Source: Dendrobates tinctorius (lineage: Eukaryota). Taken from it: a stretch of 64,000 bases of DNA. The position numbers and the translations under genes are program-made. The stretch is from assembly GCF_039654945.1 (NCBI RefSeq), contig NW_027361804.1, positions 7,316,001 through 7,380,000 on the forward strand, read 5' to 3'. The notes under the pieces were generated by a model. That model was given only the letters and a program-made list of their open reading frames with translations. It was not told the DNA's origin and did not search any database. Shown in pieces: positions 12,316 through 23,200 of this stretch; positions within the stretch are counted from its first letter, which is position 1, and each line of letters starts with the position of its first letter.

Positions 12316-14070
12316 TCATAATAATGGTTCCTCGTAAGTTCCATTCCCAAATAACTTAATATAACCTCCCCACATACATAACGCAGCATGTAGGGGCTCG
12401 GAGAAGGCGGCAGTGAAGGTGTGTAAGTGTCTGATGGGGTCACACAGCTCATAGAAGGACAACTGCCCGGCCTCATAATCCAGATAGATCCGGAATCTTT
12501 CATTGGAGATCTGGTGAGGTAATCTGATCTCTTCACTGTTATGTATCACTAAACATCGATTATTATAAACCTGCCCGCCATATAAACCCCAGGACTTATT
12601 ATACCCAATGTATGACTGAGGTCCCCTCCTGTCTATACTGGGGTAACACATCCCCACCCTCCACCTCGGTGATCCACTGATCTCCACATCCCAGTAATGT
12701 CGTCCTGAGGTAAATCTCCTCCTGCTCATCACCTGAGGATGTTCCTGGAATCTCTCTGATATTTCTGGACGATTCTGTGTTATTTCTGTCCAGGTCGCAG
12801 TTTTCAGGTCGTCTGATATAAGGAGATTATTAGCAGCCGTGTTTACGGCCAGTAATATGTCTGCAGGATCCTGAACATAGAAGGTCACATTTATATCTCT
12901 TATCATAGCAGATAATGTGTGCGATAGGTATGAGATTTGCTCCACAATTTTATCATCACCATCTATTGTGTCCTCATCACCTCCATCATGTCCCCATCTG
13001 TCCTCATCACCTCCATCACCCCCATCATGTTCTCCTGTGTTCTCATCACCTCCATCATGTCCTTCTGTGTCCTCATCACCTCCATCATGTCCTCCTGTAT
13101 CCTCATCACCTCCATCATGTCCCCATCTGTTCTCATCACCTCCATCACGTTCTCCTGTGTCCTCATCACCTCCATCTTGTCCCCCTGTGTTCTCATCACC
13201 CCCATCATGTTCTCCTGTGTTCTCATCACCTCCATCATGTCCTCCTGTGTCCTCATCACCTCCATCATGTCCTCCTGTGTCCTCATCACCTCCATCATGT
13301 CCTCCTGTGTCCTCATCACCTCCATCATGTCCTCCTGTGTCCTCATCACCTCCATCATGTCCCCATCTGTCCTCATCCCCTCCATCATGTCCTCCTGTGT
13401 CCTCATCACCTCCCTCCTCCTCCTCAGGATCACACAAGTCACCGGTGTCTGGTTCCTGTAAGACAGTCAGTGGATCTATCACGTTACACAGCTCCTCAAT
13501 GTGCCTCATCTTCCGGCACAACTCGTCCTTCTTTATTTCCAGCTTTTGGATCATATGTGACAATAACACTTCATCTTTCTGCCAGGAAATATCACTCAGG
13601 ATCCTCTTCTCCAGGTTGTCCACCCGTCTCCTGATGTCTGGGAACAGGGCAGTGACTCTCTCAACTTTTCCAGATGCTTTTTCTTGAGCTTTTCTCCTGC
13701 TCTCCTCTAGTCTCCAGACTCTTTCCTCAGTCTCTTCCTTCTTTGTCTTCAACTTCTTGAAAAAATGTCTCAATTTTTCCTTCTTCTTCTTAGAGGACTC
13801 ATCTAGAGACTCCAACTTATGTCCTCGGTGTTTTCCAATCAGATAGCAGGACACACAGATACAAGCAGCGTCCTCAGTGCAGTAATATTCCAGGATCTTC
13901 TTATGGACAGAACATTTCCTGGTCTCCAGAGAAGTGATGGGATCAGTGAGGACGTGTTCTGGTCCTTTGCTGTGAACTCTCAGGTGATTATCACACAGAG
14001 AAGCCTCACACAGGAGACAAGATTTAACGGCAGACACAGGAGCGTGAATACAGTAAGTGCAGCGAATCAT
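12316..14070 (-). CDS. RING-less TRIM25/finTRIM-like paralog (B-box1, B-box2, CC, expanded acidic repeat, PRY/SPRY), 584 aa; functional status uncertain
   Basis: Open frame highly similar to the 4231-5976 gene from B-box1 onward; ATG in AAGATGA context. Confidence 0.7.
   Translation of the reverse strand: MIRCTYCIHAPVSAVKSCLLCEASLCDNHLRVHSKGPEHVLTDPITSLETRKCSVHKKILEYYCTEDAACICVSCYLIGKHRGHKLESLDESSKKKKEKLRHFFKKLKTKKEETEERVWRLEESRRKAQEKASGKVERVTALFPDIRRRVDNLEKRILSDISWQKDEVLLSHMIQKLEIKKDELCRKMRHIEELCNVIDPLTVLQEPDTGDLCDPEEEEGGDEDTGGHDGGDEDRWGHDGGDEDTGGHDGGDEDTGGHDGGDEDTGGHDGGDEDTGGHDGGDENTGEHDGGDENTGGQDGGDEDTGERDGGDENRWGHDGGDEDTGGHDGGDEDTEGHDGGDENTGEHDGGDGGDEDRWGHDGGDEDTIDGDDKIVEQISYLSHTLSAMIRDINVTFYVQDPADILLAVNTAANNLLISDDLKTATWTEITQNRPEISERFQEHPQVMSRRRFTSGRHYWDVEISGSPRWRVGMCYPSIDRRGPQSYIGYNKSWGLYGGQVYNNRCLVIHNSEEIRLPHQISNERFRIYLDYEAGQLSFYELCDPIRHLHTFTAAFSEPLHAALCMWGGYIKLFGNGTYEEPLL
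12953..13413 (-). repeat. Coding 30-bp minisatellite (GGDEDTGGHD-type x ~14-15)
   Basis: Same unit as in the first TRIM, with variants. Confidence 0.9.
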
Positions 14071-14316
14071 CTTGACCTCCTCGTGATGTAGTGGAGGATT
14101 TCCTGTCTACTCAACAACGTTAGTCCATGCAGGTTGTTCCAGAAACTTTGCTCAACATTTAGAACAGGAAGAAACTACAGAATAATCCTGCGTATTCAGG
14201 ACCTGATCAATACAGACCCGTCAGAAGTTGTGTCCACCTCTCAGGGTTACAGGATCTGTATCTGGGGTCAGACAGATAGAACATTTGAGCTCCTCTCCTG
14301 GACCAGCAGACGCCTT
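14071..14316 (-). pseudogene. Dead RING-domain remnant of the second TRIM
   Basis: In frame reads KASAGPGEELKCSICLTPDTDPVTLRGGHNF*RVC...CSKC*...VE*: ATG>AAG, Cys>Gly and three stops. Confidence 0.85.
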
Positions 14317-14524
14317 CAATGACGGCAGAAGGAAGAAAGAAACGAAAGTAGAAGTTGAAAGTCTAAACTTGTCACTGACAAATACAATAGACTAAGCAAA
14401 AAATCAACTTTCTCGACAAATATGAGGCAGAAAATTACAGCGATATCATGAGAGACTTCGCTCTCCCAGTTGTAAGATGAGAAGCAAACACCTATGAATC
14501 TTAACAAGAAAACAGGTTTTTGAC

Positions 14525-15345
14525 AATATTATTTATAATTGCGCCATATATTCCATGGCGCTTTACATGTGAAAAGGCGTAAGCATAATAAAAAAACAAG
14601 TACAATAATCATGGACAGCACAAGTCAGCAACTGGTACAGGAGGACAGAGGACCCTGCCCGCGACAGTTCATAATTTACAAGGGATGGGTGAGGATACAG
14701 AAGGTGAGGGTAGAGCTGGTCGTGCAACGGTTTGGTGTTACTGCAGGTTGTAGGCTTGTCGGAAGAGGTCGGTCTTCAGGATCCTTTTGAAGGTTTCAAT
14801 GATAGATGAGAGTCTGATATGTTGTGGTAGAGAGTTCCAGAGTAGGGGGGATGCGCGGGAGAAATCTTGTATACGATTGTGGAAAAAGGAGATAAGAGGG
14901 GAGTAGAGAAGGAGATCTTGTGAGGATCTATGGTTACATGCAGGTAAGTACCAGGAAACGAGGTCACAAATGTATGGAGGACTCAGGTTGTGGATGGCTT
15001 TGTAGGCCATGGATAGGATTTTTAACTGGAGTCTCTGGGTAGTCGCCAGTGCAGAGATTGACAGAGGGGAGAGGCCGGGGAATAGCGGGGGGACAGGTGG
15101 ATTAGTCAGACTGCAGAGTTCAGGATAGATTGGAGGGGTGTTAGAGTGTTAAAGGGGAGGCCACATAGTAGGAGATTGCAGTAGTCAAGGCGGGAGATGA
15201 TGAGGGTTGCACTAGTGCTATTGCAGATTCTTTATTAAGAAATGTACGGATCTGGGAAATATTTTTGAGTTGGAGTTGACAGGAAGTGGAAAGGGCTTGG
15301 ATACGTGGTTTGAAGGAGAGATCAGAGTCCAGGGTTACACCGAGA
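14525..15345 (-). mobile_element. L2-clade LINE 3' fragment
   Basis: AYKAIHNLSPPYI...FSRASPLLWNSLP...FKR.LKT.LF; typical L2 3' end ending in an AAT-rich tail. Confidence 0.8.
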
Positions 15346-15919
15346 CAAGATGGCTTGATACAATTCAGATAACGGCAGAGAAGACCCTGGAGGACCTATC
15401 TAGGTTTGCACAAGATCGATCTTCCCACAGACCGTTCATCCATCAAATTGCCATGGCTCGAGATTGAGCCGAAGACCGTTATTTTTATTATAATTATTAT
15501 TAATAGCTATTCCTATAAGATTGGAATTACACATCTTTAAATACGGTCTACTCGTGTATTTGCCTTGTAGGTCACTTGGTGAAATTGCTAATAAGGTGGC
15601 ATCTCTCCTTCATTAAAACTAATTAAGCTTTTCCTAATTATTGGAAGCAATGATGGAAAGAATATGGCAATGAAGGTACAGGAATACAGAATTGGTGAAA
15701 TTCCTCAATCTGCTTTGTCTTTGGCTTTCAGTTTCTCATCTTATTTCACAAGTGACATGTTTCACTCCTTTCCCAGAACTGTCGAATATCCGAGCTGAAA
15801 TATCATGCTGAAAGACAAAACGCCCTTAATAATTTTTGAGCAACACGATTATATAAAATTCAAATGTAATGCAAACTCAATTTTGCATGTTATTAGGGCT
15901 TTGAACCATCATATATTAT

Positions 15920-16157
15920 GTGATAAATGTAAGGTCATACACATGGGAAGAAGGAATCAATATCACCATTACAGACTGAACGGGAAACCTCTGGGTAAAT
16001 CTGACCTGGAGAAGGACTTGGGGATCCTAGTTAATGATAAGCTTACCTTGAGCAGCCAGTGCCAGGTAGCGGCTGCCAAGGCAAACAGGATCATGGGGGT
16101 GCATTAAAAGAGGTCTGGATACACATGATGAGAGCATTATACTGCCTCTGTACAAAG
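15920..16157 (+). mobile_element. CR1 LINE RT fragment
   Basis: DKCKVIHMG...EKDLGILV...QC..AAAKANRIMG. Confidence 0.75.
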
Positions 16158-16374
16158 TGAGTACATTGGTGGAGGAGTGGGCTGCCGGTGCCTTCTTCCA
16201 CTAATCAACAAGTGTAACATTAGACTCAATGAAATTACCTAATTGTGTCTGCTGTTTCATACACTGATTGCGAAGAGTCGGTGTAGCGGAGACCTGACCA
16301 GAGCGCCAGGGGAATGGGAACGGGATGAGTATGTGTTTTTCTTTTCATATGTATATGACATCTTTGGATGTATA

Positions 16375-16697
16375 TAGCAGGCTATGTGGGGGTTCATACT
16401 GTGCGTGGGGGGCTATGTGGTGGCTCACACTGTATAGAGCAGGCTATGTGGGGGCTTATGCTGTATATATGGAGACTACGTGGGGTCTCACACTGTATAT
16501 AGGGGCTATGAGGGGGCTCACTGTATAAAAGGGGGCTGCAACTTCTCAATATTAAGTGATACAATATTAATATAAAATAGGTATAATAAATATGTTAATA
16601 TTAATATTGAGCAGAATTATTTTCAGCCTATTGGTTCAGCCTCCACAACAGTCATTATCTCATGAGGCCCCTCAGCAAAACTAATTGCCCACCCCTG
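16375..16697. mobile_element. Fragment of hAT-like MITE with short ~32-bp internal repeats
   Basis: GGCTATGTGGGGGCTCACACTGTA-like units; ends ...AATTGCCCACCCCTG (TIR-like). Confidence 0.4.
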
Positions 16698-17064
16698 CCA
16701 TAATGCATTTAGTAGACTGATGGGTAATAGAAGCTAGGAACATACACCGTAGGTGTCGGGGCAAAAAAAAGTTAAATATTTTTTGTATCCTGCTGCATTG
16801 TCCCACATTATATAGTAGAGTTTGTATCGTCTTTATGTCACTTTTTGCAGGGTTGATTCCACCTGCACCATGTTTGTCAGGCTCACAGTCCAGGAGGGCG
16901 CTGCGGCCCTTCACAGTCTCATCATCTGATGCTCCTTGGTCACCATGTTTAATCAGAGATTTTACCAGTAGATTAATCACTAAATGAAACCACCCCGCGG
17001 CTAAGAGTCGTTTTACCACATCGGTATAAAAAACAAACTGCATGACCGAGACATTAAAGTTCTG

Positions 17065-17070
17065 TTTATT
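17065..17070 (-). terminator. Probable polyadenylation signal AATAAA of ovch1
   Basis: TTTATT on the + strand ~16 nt past the stop codon. Confidence 0.55.
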
Positions 17071-17085
17071 GCATCATGTTTTCCA

Positions 17086-17241
17086 TCATCTGATGTGTTT
17101 CTCTATCCAGGCTCTGTACTTAGATACTGAGGAATATACAGCGGGAGCGTTGGGGTCACAAGTGTCGCTTCCCCAGCTGACTACTCCAACCAGCTTGTAC
17201 TTGTTTTCTGACCGGCAGATCAGTGGACCCCCGGAATCCCC
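17086..17241 (-). CDS. ovch1: ovch1 last exon
   Basis: [51 protein letters not shown]. Confidence 0.9.
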   Translation of the reverse strand, partial: GDSGGPLICRSENKYKLVGVVSWGSDTCDPNAPAVYSSVSKYRAWIEKHIR

Positions 17242-20200
17242 CTGCAAAAAGAAGAAGTGTCAGTCCCAGCCCAACTGCTGCAAAGAAGCAAATTAATCTG
17301 TGCAAGTCTAAGGTACACATGGGGGCGCTCCTATCTCGGACCTTCATAGCATATCCACCGAATAGGCCATAAATATCCTAAAGATCCGAGTCCCACTCTT
17401 GTGATCTGCATTTGTCTCAAGAATAAAGCCCTGTCACATGCCGCCAGGAATGGGAAACCGGATGGACATGCCCGTCTTGTTCCATTCTCTTGTGTAGGAA
17501 TTTCACTTTTCATAACTTCGATAAAAATGTAGGGAGAGAGCTGCAGGATGGGGGACATTATACAAGGAAAAGGCCATGGATGGGGACATTATACAAGGAA
17601 AAGGTCATGGATGGGGGACATTATACAAGGAAAAGGCCAAGGATGGGGGACATTATACAAGGAAAAGGCCAAGGATGGGGGACATTATACAAGGAAAAGG
17701 CCAAGGATGGGGGACATTATACAAGGAAAAGGCCATGGATGGGGGACATTATACAAGGAAAAGGCCATGGATGGGGGACATTATACAAGGAAAAGGCCAT
17801 GGATGGGGGACATTATACAAGGAAAAGGCCATGGATGGGGGACATTATACAAGGAAAAGGCCATGGATGGGGACATTATACAAGGAAAAGGCCATGGATG
17901 GGGGACATTATACAAGGAAAAGGCCATGGATGGGGGACATTATACAAGGAAAAGGCCAAGGATGGGAGACATTATACAAGGAAAAGGTCATGGATGGGGG
18001 ACATTATACAAGGAAAAGGCCAAGGATGGGGGACATTATACAAGGAAAAGGTCATGGATGGGGGACATTATACAAGGAAAAGGCCAAGGATGGGGGACAT
18101 TATACAAGGAAAAGGCCATGGATGGGGGACATTATACAAGGAAAAGGCCATGGATGGGGGACATTATACAAGGAAAAGGCCATGGATGGGGGACATTATA
18201 CAAGGAAAAGGCCATGGATGGGGGACATTATACAAGGAAAAGGTCATGGATGGGGGACATTATACAAGGAAAAGGTCATGGATGGGGGACATTATACAAG
18301 GAAAAGGTCATGGATGGGGGACATTATACAAGGAAAAGGTCATGGATGGGAGACATTATACAAGGAAAAAGCCATGGATGGGGACATTATACAAGGAAAA
18401 GGCCATGGATGGGGGACATTATACAAGGAAAAGGCCATGGATGGGAGACATTATACAAGGAAAAGGCCATGGATGGGAGACATTATACAAGGAAAAGGCC
18501 ATGGATGGGGGACATTATACAAGGAAAAGGCCATGGATGGGGGACATTATACAAGGAAAAGGCCAAGGATGGGAGACATTATACAAGGAAAAGGCCATGG
18601 ATGGGGGGGACATTATGCAAGGAAAAGGCCAAGGATGGGGGACATTATACAAGGAAAAGGCCAAGGATGGGGGACATTATACAAGGAAAAGGCCAAGGAT
18701 GGGGGACATTATACAAGGAAAAGGCCATGGATGGGGGACATGGATGGGGGGGACATTATGCAAGGAAAAGGCCATGGATGGGGGACATTATACAAGGAAA
18801 AGGCCAAGGATGGGGGACATTATACAAGGAAAAGGCCATGGATGGGGGACATTATACAAGGAAAAGGCCATGGATGGGGGACATTATACAAGGAAAAGGC
18901 CATGGATGGGGGACATGGATGGGAGGGACATTATGCAAGGAAAAGGCCATGGATGGGGGACATTATACAAGGAAAAGGCCAAGGATGGGGGACATTATAC
19001 AAGGAAAAGGCCATGGATGGGGGACATGGATGGGGGGGACATTATGCAAGGAAAAGGCCATGGATGGGGGACATTATACAAGGAAAAGGCCAAGGATGGG
19101 GGACATTATACAAGGAAAAGGCCATGGATGGGGGACATGGATGGGGGGGACATTATGCAAGGAAAAGGCCATGGATGGGGGACATTATACAAGGAAAAGG
19201 CCAAGGATGGGGGACATTATACAAGGAAAAGGCCATGGATGGGGGACATTATACAAGGAAAAGGCCATGGATGGGGGACATTATACAAGGAAAAGGCCAT
19301 GGATGGGGGACATGGATGGGGGGGACATTATGCAAGGAAAAGGCCATGGATGGGGGACATTATACAAGGAAAAGGCCAAGGATGGGGGACATTATACAAG
19401 GAAAAGGCCATGGATGGGGGACATGGATGGGGGGGACATTATGCAAGGAAAAGGCCATGGATGGGGGACATTATACAAGGAAAAGGCCAAGGATGGGGGA
19501 CATTATACAAGGAAAAGGCCATGGATGGGGGACATGGATGGGGGGGACATTATGCAAGGAAAAGGCCATGGATGGGGGACATTATACAAGGAAAAGGCCA
19601 AGGATGGGGGACATTATACAAGGAAAAGGCCATGGATGGGGGACATTATACAAGGAAAAGGCCATGGATGGGGGACATTATACAAGGAAAAGGCCATGGA
19701 TGGGGGACATTATACAAGGAAAAGGTCATGGATGGGGGACATTATACAAGGAAAAGGTCATGGATGGGGGACATTATACAAGGAAAAGGTCATGGATGGG
19801 GGACATTATACAAGGAAAAGGTCATGGATGGGGGACATTATACAAGGAAAAGGTCATGGATGGGGGACATTATACAAGGAAAAGGTCATGGATGGGAGAC
19901 ATTATACAAGGAAAAAGCCATGGATGGGGACATTATACAAGGAAAAGGCCATGGATGGGGGACATTATACAAGGAAAAGGCCATGGATGGGAGACATTAT
20001 ACAAGGAAAAGGCCATGGATGGGGGACATTATACAAGGAAAAGGCCATGGATGGGGGACATTATACAAGGAAAAGGCCATGGATGGGGGACATTATACAA
20101 GGAAAAGGCCAAGGATGGGAGACATTATACAAGGAAAAGGCCATGGATGGGAGACATTATACAAGGAAAAGGCCATGGATGGGAGACATTATACAAGGAA

Positions 20201-23200
20201 AAGGTCATGGATGGGAGACATTATACAAGGAAAAAGCCATGGATGGGGACATTATACAAGGAAAAGGCCATGGATGGGGGACATGGATGGGGGGGACATT
20301 ATGCAAGGAAAAGGCCATGGATGGGGGACATTATACAAGGAAAAGGCCATGGATGGGGGACATTATACAAGGAAAAGGCCATGGATGGGGGACATTATAC
20401 AAGGAAAAGGTCATGGATGGGGGACATTATACAAGGAAAAGGCCATGGATGGGGGACATTATACAAGGAAAAGGCCATGGATGGGGGACATTATACAAGG
20501 AAAAGGCCATGGATGGGGGACATTATACAAGGAAAAGGCCAAGGATGGGGGACATTATACAAGGAAAAGGCCATGGATGGGAGACATTATACAAGGAAAA
20601 GGTCATGGATGGGAGACATTATACAAGGAAAAGGTCATGGATGGGAGACATTATACAAGGAAAAAGCCATGGATGGGGACATTATACAAGGAAAAGGCCA
20701 TGGATGGGGGACATGGATGGGGGGGACATTATGCAAGGAAAAGGCCATGGATGGGGGACATTATACAAGGAAAAGGCCAAGGATGGGGGACATTATACAA
20801 GGAAAAGGCCATGGATGGGGGACATTATACAAGGAAAAGGTCATGGATGGGGGACATTATACAAGGAAAAGGTCATGGATGGGGGACATTATACAAGGAA
20901 AAGGCCAAGGATGGGGGACATTATACAAGGAAAAAGGCCATGGATGGGGGACATTATACAAGGAAAAGGCCATGGATGGGGGACATTATACAAGGAAAAG
21001 GTCATGGATGGGGACATTATACAAGGAAAAGGTCATGGATGGGGGACATTATACAAGGAAAAGGCCATGGATGGGGGACATTATACAAGGAAAAGGCCAA
21101 GGATGGGAGACATTATACAAGGAAAAGGCCAAGGATGGGAGACATTATACAAGGAAAAGGCCATGGATGGGGGACATTATACAAGGAAAAGGCCAAGGAT
21201 GGGAGACATTATACAAGGAAAAGGCCAAGGATAGGAGACATTATACAAGGAAAAGGCCATGGATGGGGGACATTATACAAGGAAAAGGCCATGGATGGGG
21301 GACATTATACAAGGAAAAGGCCATGGATGGGGGACATTATACAAGGAAAAAGCCATGGATGGGGGACATTATACAAGGAAAAGGCCATGGATGGGGGACA
21401 TTATACAAGGAAAAGGTCATGGATGGGAGACATTATACAAGGAAAAGGTCATGGATGGGAGACATTATACAAGGAAAAGGTCATGGATGGGAGACATTAT
21501 ACAAGGAAAAAGCCATGGATGGGGACATTATACAAGGAAAAGGCCATGGATGGGGGGGACATTATACAAGGAAAAGGCCATGGATGGGGGACATTACACA
21601 AGGAAAAGGCCAAGGATGGGAGACATTATACAAGGAAAAGGCCATGGATGGGGGACATTATACAAGGAAAAGGTCATGGATGGGAGACATTATACAAGGA
21701 AAAAGCCATGGATGGGGACATTATACAAGGAAAAGGCCATGGATGGGGGGGACATTATGCAAGGAAAAGGCCATGGATGGGGGACATGGATGGGGGGGAC
21801 ATTATACAAGGAAAAGGCCATGGATGGGGGACATGGATGGGGGGGACATTATACAAGGAAAAGGCCATGGATGGGGGACATGGATGGGGGGGACATTATA
21901 CAAGGAAAAGGCCATGGATGGGGGACATGGATGGGGGGGACATTATACAAGGAAAAGGCCATGGATGGGGGACATGGATGGGGGGACATTATACAAGGAA
22001 AAGGCCATGGATGGGGGACATGGATGGGGGACATTATACAAGGAAAAGGCCATGGATGGGGGACATGGATGGGGGACATTATACAAGGAAAAGGCCATGG
22101 ATGGGGGACATTACACAAGGAAAAGGCCAAGGATGGGAGACATTATACAAGGAAAAGGCCATGGATGGGGACATTATACAAGGAAAAGGCCATGGATGGG
22201 GGACATTAATGGGGGGGACATTATACAAGGAAAAGGCCATGGATGGGGGACATTATACAAGGAAAAGGCCATGGATGGGGGACATTATACAAGGAAAAGG
22301 CCATGGATGGGGGACATTATACAAGGAAAAGGCCATGGATGGGGGACATTATACAAGAAAAAGGCCAAGGACATTATTACAGGAAGGTGCCGGATCAGGG
22401 ACATTATTACAGGATGGGGGACATTGTGACATGAAAAGGGCAAGCACTTCTGTCTTCACAGGATCTGGAAAGCTACAAGGGTCCATACATCTGACGAAGA
22501 TGTAAATGGGGGTCCAGGTCCAAATTTTGTACCGGGCCCATTGGACTCTAGTCATGCCACTGGAGAGCTGCATATATGGGGCCACATATCCATTCCTGAG
22601 AGTATGTGTCCGGGCTCCCAGGGAAATATAGAACATAAAAAATGTTAATATACAGCAATATAATAAATAGCAGCCAAATGCATGGCAAGATCGTATCCAG
22701 GAATATTGCACAGCATTCTGGACTACCACAATTAAGATTATTGTCTATATCCCTGGTGGTCCAGGTCAGCTGAGGGGATTATATCTCTATATATGGTGGT
22801 CAAGGGTAGTGATTTAATTAGTGCCAGCATCCCTGGTGGGTGATGAAGGTGCAACCGTCCAACCCTGACTATCGAATGTTCACCTAAGGGCGGCATATTT
22901 GGGAGTCAGCAAGTAATTGAAAGCTCACCCACCAGACACGCCGAAGCCCCCGATGCCCCCGCACACAGGTTTCTTTCCGTTACATCTGGGCCCCAGTAGC
23001 TCTTACAGTCTTCTGTGGACATGACCTTGATATTTGCTTGTCGAAGTAATTTAGGATAAAAGATACCTAAAAAGAGAAGAAGAGTTTTTCATATCTCAAT
23101 GCATTGTCCTCAGAGTTCATAATATTCTAGTGACACTTTGATTTACACACGGAGGTGTGATCCTGAAGAAGTTTCCACTTATGGAGGAAATTAGGATCAG

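Noticed and set aside
17490-22505. 1671/1617/1228-aa ORFs
   Set aside because: Translations of a stop-free 32-bp minisatellite in all three frames, antisense within an intron.
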